NCBI GenBank assembly: GCA_963693365.1
Contig: CAVNZM010000007.1
Span: forward strand, 2,465,979 to 2,529,978
DNA from: Amoebidium appalachense
Taxonomy: Eukaryota > Protista > Ichthyosporea
Reading direction: 5' to 3'
Length of the DNA stretch: 64,000 nucleotides
A program made the position numbers and the translations under genes. Below, piece by piece: positions 25,228 through 37,598 of this stretch (positions are counted from its first letter, which is position 1; the number at the start of each line of letters is the position of its first letter). Below the pieces are notes generated by a model. The model was not told where the DNA came from, did not search any database, and saw only the letters and a program-made list of their open reading frames with translations.

Positions 25228-26638
25228 GCGGCACTTTTCTGAATTTTTTGTTTTATCCCCCCCCCCCCCCCCCCCCCCCCTCCCCCCCCCCCTCCCCTTC
25301 CCCCCTGCCTCCTATTCCGTCGTTTTGTTTTTTGTTATGGGCCTCCCTCCCTCTTTTTCTCATCTTCTTCTTTTTTTTTTTTTTTCTCCCCTCGTTAAAT
25401 CAATAATATCGACCAATCTATAGACTAATGATGAGCATAGGCATTCGTGTCCTTTGTCTTCAACTGTCGCAAGAGGTGTTTCAATAATCCCCCCGCCCCC
25501 CTTCTCCCCCCCCCCCCCCCCCCCCGCTTGGGCCCCCCTCGTTTTTCCGTCGGGGGTTTCCCCTTTTCCGTTCTTTATTGTGAAGTTTCAACTGCGCAAT
25601 CACCAAGTTTCAACTGCGCAATCACCGGGGATAGCCCGAGGCATACCTTGTGTACATTATTCTTTTGTTTGGAATTTGGAGTGGTGTCTAACTTGGCATG
25701 CATGCACGGGCCTGTTCCCTAGATATATCGACACATACCAAGATATACCAAAAATTCCAAAAATAGATAAACCGGAAAAAACCCCATATACACCGATAAG
25801 TATACCTAGGTAGACCGATAAATTCAACTTGATTTAAAGACATCTATATTTGGTCATGATCTTGGTGCATCTCGGACGCCTAGGATTTGCTACCATTACT
25901 ACATTTCAACATCTAACGAGTCTTGGTAATACACTCCCTGTATATTATTTCCAAAGCGCGCTAACTCTTGGCTTTAGCTTGCGAACAATCTCCTGAAATA
26001 TGGACTGTGTGAGCCAGTTTTTGTTGGAAATAAGTTAATTTCTCGAATACTCTACATGGCCAAACGCAGGGAAATCTGTGACATCTCAAGTTTTTGTTGC
26101 GCCAGAATGGGACTTGGTCTTGGCAATTACGATGGTTTTCGTAGTTCTTGGTGGCGGGTCTAGGAGCCTTACTTAGAAGGGGTTAACGGACACGATATGC
26201 CTGAATTACTATTCAATTAACCTTTTCTGTCTTGTGACCTCTACAAGAGTGTCGAGCTTCAAGTCCGCATGCCAATATCAATACTTTCGATTCCGGACAA
26301 AAGAGAAAAAACAATCTGTGGAGTTTTCAACCTATCTCATCGGAGCCCCCCCCCCCCCCCCCCCCCCCCCCCCACCCCCACCCCCCCCACCCCCCTTGGT
26401 CCTGGTGGGTGGGTGGGTGGGTGGGGGGGGGGGGGGGGGGGGTATCATATGCTTTGAAATCAGAGACTACTTGAAATCATGTATCGACGTAGCAACATAT
26501 TATTATGCTGGTCCCCCCCCCCCCCCCCCCCCCCTCCCCCTCCCCCTCCCTTCCCTCTTCCTCCCCCCCCCCCCCCCCCCCCCCCAACCTCTCTTTTGCC
26601 TTCCCTTCATCAATTTGTGCTTTTTGAATGTGAAGACG

Positions 26639-26673
<35 letters not shown>

Positions 26674-26787
26674 ACACACACACCATCTTCTAATTTCAAC
26701 ACGTATCGCCCCACTATGGGCGCAAGGGCATCGTGCATGCACACGTACTGGGCGTCCTTGTGCTGTTTTATGGGTGTCTAGGTAGAG

Positions 26788-26988
26788 TTAAAGAGCGGAT
26801 AACAACTGTATTGGTATTCATATTACTGAACGCGACAGTCGTACCCATACTATTCACATACTAACTGACCTTAAAACTAAGTATACATTTAAAGAGCGGA
26901 TAACAACTGCATTGGTATTCATATTACTGAACGCGACAGTCGTACCCATACTATTCACATACTAATTGACCTTAAAACTAAGTATGCA
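26788..26988. repeat. Tandem duplication, about 102 bp x2
   Basis: TTAAAGAGCGGATAACAACTG...CCTTAAAACTAAGTAT occurs twice with few mismatches. Confidence 0.9.
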
Positions 26989-27412
26989 TATGACACTGTA
27001 ATGCTCTGAATATGTTCCTAGGCGATATAACTCGATCAACGTAGCAACCACTGAACACAAATCTTGCTCACCGCAAACTATATCAACAGCAGCATATATT
27101 ACTCATTGTAGTTATATATACTGTTGTGATAATGTTGTTCCCCAGAGAAAGAGTAGTAGTATGTGTGCATATCTAGGGTTCTAAATACGTTTCTGGACAA
27201 CTCGCACATTTTAGCAAAACGTGAGCACCAATTTCATTATCCATAAACTATATCAGACGGTCGTATGCTTACGCCTATTCTAATGTCATGTGCCAGGGAA
27301 AAAACTAATGTTAGCATCAGGTGTTCAACATCCTTGGTCGTAAAGAAATTTATCTACATGGCAACACGGTGTGTTGTTCTTGCAGTTCTTTTTTTTTTTT
27401 TTTTTTTTTAAC

Positions 27413-28194
27413 TCAACGGCGGAAGAGGGAGCGGAAGATAGCACGGGGTGTCTCCAGAATATACCTGCGTGAACAGTGATGTATAGTGAGCAATAGGTCG
27501 TGAGGGAAACACAAACAAAGGGTAGGTGTAATGTAGATATAGTTGTAAATATACGGCTAAGGTAAACCGTTGCATGGTTACCGAAGAGGGGTTGGATGAA
27601 GAACATGTGCATGCGACAGCGAGTGTGAGTATGTGTATTGGTGTGTGTTTGGGGGGGAGGGGAAGGGGAAGGGGGGTGTAGGACGCAAGAGAATGAGTGA
27701 TACTAGGAAGAACCGTCGGTGCTTTGGTTTCTGGAAGTCCGAAAACTTTAAGAACGGAAAGGGGTACAAACTGAGTGATTGGCGTCTTTTGATGCAAAAC
27801 AGTGTTGACCTCAGCATATACCTCTCCCCCTCCTTCCACACACTCACATGCGGCTCTCCACTCTCCCCACTCGTGTGTGCGTGTATATGTGTGTGTGTGT
27901 GTGTGTGTGCCTGTGTGTGTGTGCCTATGTGTGTGTGTGCGCGCACGTGTGTTTGTATTCTTTGGTGGATGCGCGCTTGAGACTATGTATGTATGTATGG
28001 GTGTGTGTGTACCAGCATGTAGGTGTGTGCGCATGTGTGTAGATGTGAAGGTGGGTAAGCAACGGGGGGAGGGGGGGAGGGGGGGAGGGGGGGAGGGGGG
28101 GAGGAGGGAAGGAGGGACGGGAGGGGATGTACTCTGCAATCCCTTTGGACGGTGTCTGATGTCTGGCCACAGGTGCATGATGCTCCATCTCCGG

Positions 28195-28271
<77 letters not shown>

Positions 28272-28355
28272 GGCATTCACCTTTGTGTCATACTGGGGCG
28301 GGTTGACATATTTTTTTTCGAGGCAGGGGTGTGTGTGTTTTGTGTGAGTGTGTAT

Positions 28356-28388
<33 letters not shown>

Positions 28389-28809
28389 GGGGGAGGAGGA
28401 GGAGGAGAGGGGGGAGGGGAGGAAGTGGAGAGTGGGGGCAGGGGTGAAGGGGGGGAGGGGAGGCGGGGGTGGGGGGGGGGGGGGGGGAGGGGGGCAGGGA
28501 GTGAGGGCAAACAATAAGTCCGAAGAGTAGAGGGTGTTGATGGAATGGGGACAGAAAAAGAAATTCAAAATCCAGAAATATAGAAACACGACACGGAATA
28601 TAAACGCAAAGATGGATACGGTTGGGATGGGGATGGAATCGGGACTTAGGATCACAAATAAAGTGTCTTATTGCTCCCTCCTTCCCGCCCCCTTCCCCTC
28701 CCTCCCCTCACCCTCCTCCTGTCTCTCACACACACACTCTCTCTCTCTCTCCCCCCCCCCCCCCCCCCCCCCCCCACCCCCCCCACCCCCCCCACCCTCT
28801 GTCTCCCAA

Positions 28810-28884
<75 letters not shown>

Positions 28885-30036
28885 CCTCCCCTACCCCCCT
28901 CCTCCCCCCCCTCTCTCCCCCTTTCCCCTCCCCTCTCCCCTCCCTTCTTCCCCTCCTGTTCTGGCATGTTGTTGCGTTTGTCTCGTGTCACTTGTTTATG
29001 TTCCCAAGTGTCCTTGTGTTTGTGTTTCCCTTCCTTGAGTGGATACACTCAAACCAGGCACGGGAGCCGTATACGTACGCTGTCTATTGATTTCCGACCA
29101 TTTGCAACACAGCATATTTTTGTGTTTCTGTCTTTTAGGGGAGGAGAGGGGGGGGGGGGGGGATTGTAGAAGTACCTGTGCCTTTGTGTTGTGCTGTCGG
29201 CCACCTTGCATCTGACTCCATTCATGTCTATAGCACGTTTGTCAGGTAAACAGCATTATGCAACTAGGAATTCAACCCCTCCCCACCTCCCCTCCCCCTC
29301 CCCAGGGCCACCCTTCCCCCCTCCAGACCCCACCCCCCGCCCCCTTCCCCTCCCCCTACCCACCCCCCCCCCCCCCCCCAAAAAAAAAAAAAAAAAAAAA
29401 AACCTGGCTCACTCACTTCTCCCTTTACCTCTTCCCCACTCCCCCCCCCCCCCCCCCCCCCCCCCCCTCCCCCTCCCCCCCCCCCCTCTCGCCCCCAAAA
29501 CCACCACCACTCAAAAAAAACCCCCCTGGCTCACTCACTTCTCCCTTTCCCTCTTCCCACTCCAACCCCCCCCCCCCCCCCTCCCCTCTCCCCCCCCTTC
29601 CCCCCCCCTGGCCCTCCCCCCCCCCCTCCTCCCCCCCCCCCACAAAAAAAAAGAAAAATAAAATAAAATATGGCCGGCGCACATACCTGACTGGTAGTGG
29701 GGGAGACCACGGGCTGGGCTCTCTGGTCTCTGTTACTGCTCTCTTGGCTGGTCGAACAGCACACTCTCCCTAGAGCACTCGGTCAATGACAAAATACTCT
29801 TGTGGGGTTTTATTACTATGTGTTTCTGTGTTTATTTAGGCTATTTGTTTGTATGTTTACTTTCTAATGATGTTTTTGTTTTTACTAATATTGATTTCTA
29901 ATTTTCCATTCCTACTTCAATATTTTCCATTCCTGTGTCTGATTTCTATCGCTTCGTATTATTTTCCTTTCATTTTTATATTTCACACACACCGTGTCCT
30001 CAAACTGTGCAAGTCACGCCACACAATCCTTTAGAT

Positions 30037-30074
<38 letters not shown>

Positions 30075-30144
30075 TTTTCCCCCAAAAAACAGCTATGCTC
30101 TTCTCTGCCTACAAATCAACTCCTCATGATTCCCTAACGGTACC

Positions 30145-30184
<40 letters not shown>

Positions 30185-31230
30185 CCCCCTCCCTCCCTCA
30201 AAATCTCCCGCCCACTCTCTCACCGCCCCCTCCCCCTCCTCCCCCCTCCCCCTCCACCCCCTTCACTCTGCCCTTCCCACCTCCCCTTCCATCCACCTGC
30301 TCTTCTCCCCTACCCACCGTCCGTGCCATTATACACGCTCTGCGACACTCCCCCTTCATGTTATTTCACACTATTCATTTACGACAGTTAATTTCTGTTA
30401 ACAAGTATTGGGTTAGCGCCTATAATTTCTGTTCAAAAGTGTTGGGTTTGGGCCTATAGTTTCTGTTAAAAAGTGTTGGGTTAGAGCCTTTGGTCCAATG
30501 CAACCCGTCGGCCTTTATTGAACACATACCTGCCACGGTCTCTTGTGGGGAATGGCGTTGTGTAGCACATCCCCATCGGCAGTCTGCAAACACAATATCA
30601 GGCCAGGTGGCAGGAACAAGGGGGAAAAAGGAAGAGGGAAAAAAAAAAAAAAAAAAAAAAAGGAAAGGAAAGGAAAGGAAAGGAAAAGAAAGGAAATGAC
30701 ATTGTTTTCGCTATTTGCATGAAATGTGCACGGAAAAGTTTAATGCTACGAATGGTGTTTGGATTGCTGTGCCAGTACGTGCAGACCGCCAATGTTTCTC
30801 TCTCTAGCCAGAAATAATTGTGTTAGGGCGTGTAAGGCTGGGCTAGAGTAACAAGGTATGTTCAAACAGGATTGTGGAAAGACAATTTTAAAATCCAGCA
30901 TGTGTGGTCTCCCCCCCCCCCCCCCCCTCCCCCCCCCCCCCCCCCCCACCCACCCACCACCACCACCACCAAATCAACCAACCAACAAAAGAAAGAAAGA
31001 AGAAAAAACAAAACAACACCCACAGGAGTATAAATGAAGAAGACCTGGTGAAAAAACAGCAACTGCTCAAAGCATATTGACACGGGCGCACCAACACACC
31101 CGGACCACTCCCCCCTCCCCCTCCCTCCCCCCCCCTCCCCTCCCACCCACACCCCACGTCCCCAATATTCAACAACACGAAGTTCTCTTGTCGGCTTACC
31201 TGTTGGAGGGCAGGGTGGGGTGAGGTGGGG

Positions 31231-31264
<34 letters not shown>

Positions 31265-31267
31265 GAA

Positions 31268-31300
<33 letters not shown>

Positions 31301-31891
31301 GGACACGATTGCACAATAAAAAAGGAAAGAGCCAACAAGAGCGAGCAAACAGCACACACCTCACTCCCATAGGCTACGTTGGTTGGGTAGTGGAGGCTAT
31401 CTGATTGGGCCATCTGAGTCACGTGACCAGGCTGGGTGCGGATTGGCTGGACGTCCCCTCTGTGGAGTAGTGACCAAAAAGAGGGTGGGAAGCAGTAAAC
31501 CGGGATTAGTGATTAGTTGCGCACGTTTCTACTTTGACATGTGTGTCCGATGGAAAACCTCCTTGGAAAGTAAAAAAGAGACGACCTTGAACATGGACCT
31601 AAAAAATTCAAAAAAAATGTCTGCTATGGATGGGGCAAAAGATAATGTTGGTGTTTGCCGTTTGAAGAAGGCCCTGGGGGGAAAGGGGGAAAGGGGCAAG
31701 GGTGGGAAGAGGGTTACTCAGGACCAAAGCAAAGGGGGAAAGGGAGAAACGAGGAATGAGGGCGATACTTTGACTTGAGTGTGTATGAGTGTGCGTGGGA
31801 TGTGTGTGTTTGTGTGGGTGTGTTTCTGTGTGTGTAACTGGGAGCCGGGAGGGGGTGGGGCGAGGGGAGAGGAGGAGGGGAGGAGGGAATA

Positions 31892-31968
<77 letters not shown>

Positions 31969-32751
31969 TTGGAGGACAGGGGGGGGGGGGGGGAGGGGAG
32001 GAGAAAGGGAGGGTACCTTGGATGCGGAATGCAGAGGTTCATGTCACGACTGGACACCCTAGACCCCATCTGACTGCCCATTGGTCCGAAGGGCTCCTGG
32101 TCTCTCCCTAGAGCACCCTTGAACTTTCCTCCACTCTCATACTTGCTCTGTGCATGGGACCCAGTCGTTTGTTCCTTTCTTTCCCACTCCGTTTCGTACC
32201 TTTGAACCCGAGGCTCGGCAGTTTTTAGTTCATTCCTTTCCAGCTCTCTTTCGTTCATGTTAAGTCCGCGGTGAGTGTTTGTCGTCGTGCTGCGTGGGAA
32301 AGAAGCAGGTGCAACAAGTCTTTTTGTGGAATCGGGCGGCTGGAAAGAGTTCAGGGTGGCTCTGGGAGTTGGGGCGGGTGGTGCTTCTGGTGCGGGAAGC
32401 GGTGCGGGAAGTGGTTTGGGTAGCACTTCCACCATGACGACATACTTGAAGGGTACTTTGCGCAGTTCCTTGCCATCTTTGGAAAATGAGAATTTTTGCG
32501 CACGGGTCCAGTCGTCACGTGCTTTGCGTAGGTCAAGGAAATGTGAAGGATGGATGGTTAAATGCTACATGGGGGTCGGGGGGGGGGGGTGGGGGGGGGG
32601 GGGTGGGGGGGGGGGGGGGGGGGGGGGGATGTCGAACGGATATATACGGTGTTGAGAAAAAGTGTGGGGGACAGGAGGGAGGGATATTGGTGTATCGGAG
32701 GATTGGGAAGTGATGGGGGGGGGGGGGGGGGGGGGGGGGGGGTGGGTGGGT

Positions 32752-32783
<32 letters not shown>

Positions 32784-34049
32784 GGTGGGGGGAAGGTAAG
32801 AGGGAGAAGAGGAGGGAACCGGGGAGGGGAGGAAGGGGGGTTCGAGACTGGAAAAAACGTCGTGTGTTTCTTATTATGGGTTTGGAGGGGGGGGAGGGGG
32901 AGGGTGAGGGGTTAGATATTTGTAAGGAGCAGCCTTGCGGAGTGCTTGTGTGTGTGTATGTATGTGTGTGTGTGTGTGTCTGTGTGTGTGTCTGTGTGTG
33001 TGCGTGCGCGCGCACACGCGTGTGTGCCCGTGTGTGTGCGTATCTATGTATGCCGCTGTGGTGGAGGTTGGGAAAGGAGAGGAAGGGGGGAAAGGGGGCG
33101 GGGGGAAGGGGGTAGGGGGGGTGGGGTGGGGGCGATCAGGATACTGCAGAAGAGCACCAAATTGCGGGACTTGACAGCTTCTTGCTGAAAGTTCGTTGCC
33201 ATCAGATACACAAGCGCATCCTGCAAGTGTGTGTGTGAGTGCGTGTATGTGTGCATGTGCACATGTGCGGGGATGGAGGGCGAGGGAGAGAGCAAGAGTA
33301 ATTCCGTCATTAAAAAGAATGGAAGAAAATGGAAGGAAGAGGGTCGTGTAGAGGTTTGCGGAGGAGGGTGTGGTGGTAGCAAAGGCATTGCGGCGCCTGG
33401 GGGGACCCGGGGGGGGGGGGGGGGGGGGGGTGGGGGGAGGAAAGGAGGGGGGAGGGGGGGGGGGGGGAGCAATAATCCTTCCTGGGGTGAGACGACACAT
33501 GATGAAAACATTCAATTCGTTGGTATGTTTTTAGAGTGTGTAAAGTAATGGAATGGTCGAGATGGAAACGAAGTAGTCACTCGAAGATAGGTGGGGTACT
33601 CCGTAACAAGAGTAGGGTGGCAAGGCAAGGGTTGAAATGAGGTTTAAGGGAGACCCCCTCACCAACCCTCCCTCCCCCCCCCCCCACACACACGCACACA
33701 TAAATCTGTTTAACCAATATCATAGCCATAATCCCCCCCCCTCCCCCCCCCCCCCCCCCCCCCCCCCCTCCCCCTCCCCCCCCCCCCCCCCCCCCCCCCC
33801 TCCCCTCTCTATCCTACTCTCCCCTTGAAGCCTTTGCTTATTAAGTTCTCCGAAAACCAAAAGGCAAAATCTTGAGCAAAAAGGAAAAAACTTCAAAAAA
33901 AGAAACCAAAGAAAAAAGAAACTCATATCTGTCATGCCCGGACCGAGAGTAGCTCCACGACAGGAGAAGAGGATACAGCCTTAAAAATTACCTGTCTATA
34001 GGTAGATCAAGCCCCCCCCCCCCCCCCCCCTCCCCTCTCCCCCTCCGCG

Positions 34050-34080
<31 letters not shown>

Positions 34081-35286
34081 ACCTCCCCCCGCCCCAGGTT
34101 TCGAAGCTTAACATTAGTTACCACAGGTGATGACACGGAGTCGGTCAAGAAACATATCAATCCTCTTTTCTCCTTAGCCAACAACATCCCAACCAGTGTT
34201 GTGTGCTACGTTAAGCAACGGCACAGCCAATGCATCAGGAGCAGCTGCTACTGGGAAAGCAAAACATGGAATTTAACCTCCCCCCCCCTCCTCCCCCCCC
34301 CCCCCCCCCCCCCCCCCCTCCCAGCCCCCCCCCCCCAACAACAACAACCAAAAAAAAAGAAAGAAAAGAAAAAAATCGTCCAAACAACAATGCCTACTCC
34401 CATTACCAACCCCATACCCCCCCAAGCCGCTCCTTAGCAACAATAGGAGCAAACAAAACAGATTGCTTCTTCTCCTTGCATCGCTAATTTTACTTAGAAG
34501 AACAAATATCGGCACAACAACGGCTCACGAGAGCAAGGTGAACACCAAGTCGAAAAACCTAGAAATGACCAGAAGCCTTGCACAACTACTTGGGCGGAGC
34601 TCACCAACGCAATGCAGAGAGATAAAAAGAAAAGGAAAACGAAAAACGCTGCACAACAACGACAGTAAACAAAACAAGGTGCGCATGCCTTTTCCCGGCG
34701 AACAATTTATACATGGAAAAACAAGGACATCAACAGCCAGGAAACCCAAAGTCGCAGGGCCCGAAGAAAGCCAGAAAATCTTTGCAGCAACTTTCAGAGA
34801 GGCCAAGCACACAGAGCAGGAAGGGGAACAAACAAAAAAAGTCCAAAAGAAAAGAAAGAAAACAACAAAAGACAACGACCTTAAGCTCTGCCTGCAGGCT
34901 GCTATCCTGCTGTAGGTTTCTACCGTCGTCTGTGATCCCAGAGCTGCACAAACGGCCCTTAGTGGTGGAAGAGATAACATGCCGGCACGTAGCTCAGCCA
35001 GCACCAGAAAACTTCCAAGGAATTGAATGGTTTGGGGCGGAGATGGGGAGCAGATTTGGAAGGTTGGGGGAGGAGGAGCAGGAGGGGATGGTTGGCGAGG
35101 GAAGGGGAGGGAGGGAGAGAGAGAGAGGGGGGCGGGGAGGGGGGGGGGGGGGGGGGGGGAGGGAGGAGTGGGGGTGGAGGGGCCCGGGGAGGGGGGAGGG
35201 GAGTGGGGAAGTCACTGGGAATCAGGGGCAGCAGCATCGAAGGTAGTTCTTAAAGGAGGGTGAAAAGTTAGAAGGTTCCGAACAAA

Positions 35287-35325
<39 letters not shown>

Positions 35326-35769
35326 CGATAAATCAGCTGGCAGATGCGTGAAGGGATCGAAAGATACAATGCAATAAAGCGTGGAAGGTATGGAGGAGCG
35401 AGGACAAGGCAGATGTAGTGACCCGTGTGCTGATGTCAGATCCCTGCTAGTGTGCGTGTTACAAACCATGCAGTTGTAATTTGCAAAGAAGATGGTTATA
35501 AAAAAAAAAATGCATAACACTTCTGCACTGCTTAGGGATCAGCAATTCGTGTGAACCTCGAGCCACAACGGAAGCATCACACGCTACCAGAAAAAGCTTG
35601 AGTAATATGAGGCGGCCCAACCAAAGCAGGTGCATCTTCTTGTGTTTATACAACGGGTCGAGAGACATAAACACTTGACTCACCCCACCAACTGAAGATG
35701 GACTTTGTAGACAAAATCCTTGAAGTGGAAAAGGCGGAACTCAGGAAGCGAAAACGCTCTCAGATCCAT
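27413..35769 (-). CDS. MAJIN: MAJIN (membrane-anchored junction protein) homologue, about 360 aa, 9 coding exons
   Basis: Exons 35769-35684, 34943-34880, 33220-33145, 32521-32017, 31459-31365, 30583-30530, 29769-29687, 28200-28133 and 27464-27413 close in phase (1083 nt). N-terminus: [25 protein letters not shown]...QAELKDALVYLM...[40 protein letters not shown]. This aligns nearly colinearly with my recollection of vertebrate MAJIN (MSLKPFTYPFPETRFLHAG.NVYKFKI...QELEDSVRVVL...HFIVFPYKSKWERVSHLKFKHGE..L.PYPFVFTLYVEM). The middle is disordered and the C-terminus is amphipathic ([20 protein letters not shown]). Middle exons are less certain than exons 1-4. Confidence 0.8.
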
Positions 35770-35839
35770 CCTGCCTGCACGAACGAATTTCTAAACTGCT
35801 TTCTCTGGCGATGCTGTGCACATAAAGTAAACGAGCCTA

Positions 35840-36070
35840 AGGACACACGAGCGAGAAGATGCTCAGCTGTGATGTTGAATTTCGAGGGATGTTCACGGTG
35901 TTAATTATGTCTCACGTAATAGCCCACAAGTTGGAGGCTTATTTTCCAAAGCCAGCACTAAAGTAAACTTCAAGAGTCCTCAGGACACACAAGGCGAGCA
36001 GATGCTCAGCTGTGATGTTTACATTTCGAGAAATGTTTAAGGTGCTAATAATTTCTCAAGTTGGATGCTT
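35840..36070. repeat. Diverged direct duplication (period about 143 bp) upstream of the MAJIN ATG
   Basis: GGACACAC..GCGAG.AGATGCTCAGCTGTGATGTT...TTTCGAG occurs twice. Confidence 0.75.
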
Positions 36071-36182
36071 GTAATCCAGGCAAAGGAAGCAAAGCCTTCG
36101 AACTCTACACCCGTAGGCGATACTTGGTGCGGCCTTTAGGGTGTCTTCCATAGGGTGTCTGTGAGGGTGATAATATCACAAG

Positions 36183-36345
36183 TTTTCCCGCCATTTTTTC
36201 TTGAGCCAATTAAAATTCACGTCATGACGTCACAATGAGCCATTTCCATGCGGGCGGGCTTAGGGTTCAGATAAGCACAAACGTGACCAATTACGGTACG
36301 AAGAAGAAAAAGCCAGGAAACGAAGAGATTTTTTTTTGGCGCGCC
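36183..36345. promoter_or_regulatory. Putative MAJIN promoter: E2F-like sites, CCAAT boxes and a CRE palindrome
   Basis: TTTTCCCGCC at 36183, CCAAT at 36206 and about 36287, TGACGTCA at 36225, TTTTGGCGCG at about 36334. The cluster lies 0.4-0.6 kb upstream of the MAJIN ATG. Confidence 0.45.
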
Positions 36346-36702
36346 GCTTATTCTTGGTTTAAGCGGTCACGGGGATTGACGCCGGGTGGTTGTGTGAAAT
36401 GGTGTATTACAAAAGACCTCTGCGATGGACACACTCTCACCACACAACACACACGTATGTATACATATGCACTTTGCACATACACACACAAAACGGAATT
36501 TCGGAACGTTACCACACTGCGTCTGGAGATCTGCATACATGCCCGGTGCCCACACGCACCATGGCAAACTACACCGGCCACAAATTTGACAAAGGGGCTT
36601 ATTGCTTAGTATTAATTATAAATATGCATAGCGTCTCCGGGCGGCCGCGGAGCGCTAGCGCCATGTGCATGCACAATGATTGGTGTGTGTGTGTGTGTCT
36701 GT

Positions 36703-37109
36703 GGCCCACTGTGAGTGCCCGTTACCGTCAGGATTGCGGGTTACTTTCGCAGCAATTTTTGGTCGGGCGCCACACAGGCGCACAACCCTTATTGTGCTGC
36801 AAAAAACAAACAAACAAACAAACAAACAAAAAAAATACCAGTCAAACTTTGTGCACGCGCAACCGTGGGGGTGTTTTTGTGTATGTGAGTGTGCGCGGAC
36901 AAGCGAACATGGATTTGCCTCATGACAATGTGCCGCATCTTACAGGTTATGGGCCCACTGTGAGTGCCCGTTACCGTCAGGATTGCGGGTCGCTGTAGCA
37001 GCAATTTTTAGTCGGGCGCCACACAGGCGCACAACCCTTATTGAGCTGCAAAAAAAACAAAAATAAAAAAGAAATACCTGTTAATTAAACTTTGTGCTCG
37101 CGTCCCGTC

Positions 37110-37175
<66 letters not shown>

Positions 37176-37350
37176 CGCGTGTGCGTGTGTGTGCGCGTGT
37201 TTGCATAGGTATAGGTGTGTCTCATAAAATGTGCCACATCATACAGGTTATGGGCCCACTGTGAGCGCCCGTTACCGTCAGGATTGCGGGTCGCTGTAGC
37301 AGCAATTTTTAGTCGGGCACCACACAGGCGCACAACCCTTATTGTGCTGC
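36703..37350 (+). ncRNA. Three tandem units of about 100-130 nt with an Sm-type site and 3' hairpin (candidate SL RNA or snRNA-like genes)
   Basis: Units at about 36703-36800, 36919-37050 and 37221-37350. AATTTTTGG/AATTTTTAG at 36754, 37003 and 37304 is followed by a GCGCC-ACACA-GGCGC hairpin. The repeat is certain; RNA function is inferred. Confidence 0.4.
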
Positions 37351-37598
37351 AAAAACGAAACTCCTCCCCACACACTTCTATTAAATAGACACCAAACGAC
37401 ACAGTGACTACACTTTAGCCTCAACCCAAAAGTCTGGTGTGATGCAGCACAAACACTGCCACACCTCACTCAGTCTGTGGCTGTGCACACCCAGTGCTAT
37501 GCAGGTACACAGTGTTCTTGTATGTGCGCGGAACAGGGTTAATAGCACTCGCGTTTATTTCGTTTCTACGTCATCTCTTGTCACGGCAACTTGATGGT

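Noticed and set aside
26793-26805. GAGCGGATAACAA, a lac-operator-like 13-mer
   Set aside because: Only a partial match inside a genomic tandem duplication, with no other vector sequence; chance.
27700-27880. Coding-looking stretch in the last MAJIN intron
   Set aside because: No clean acceptor/donor pair in phase, and the model closes without it.
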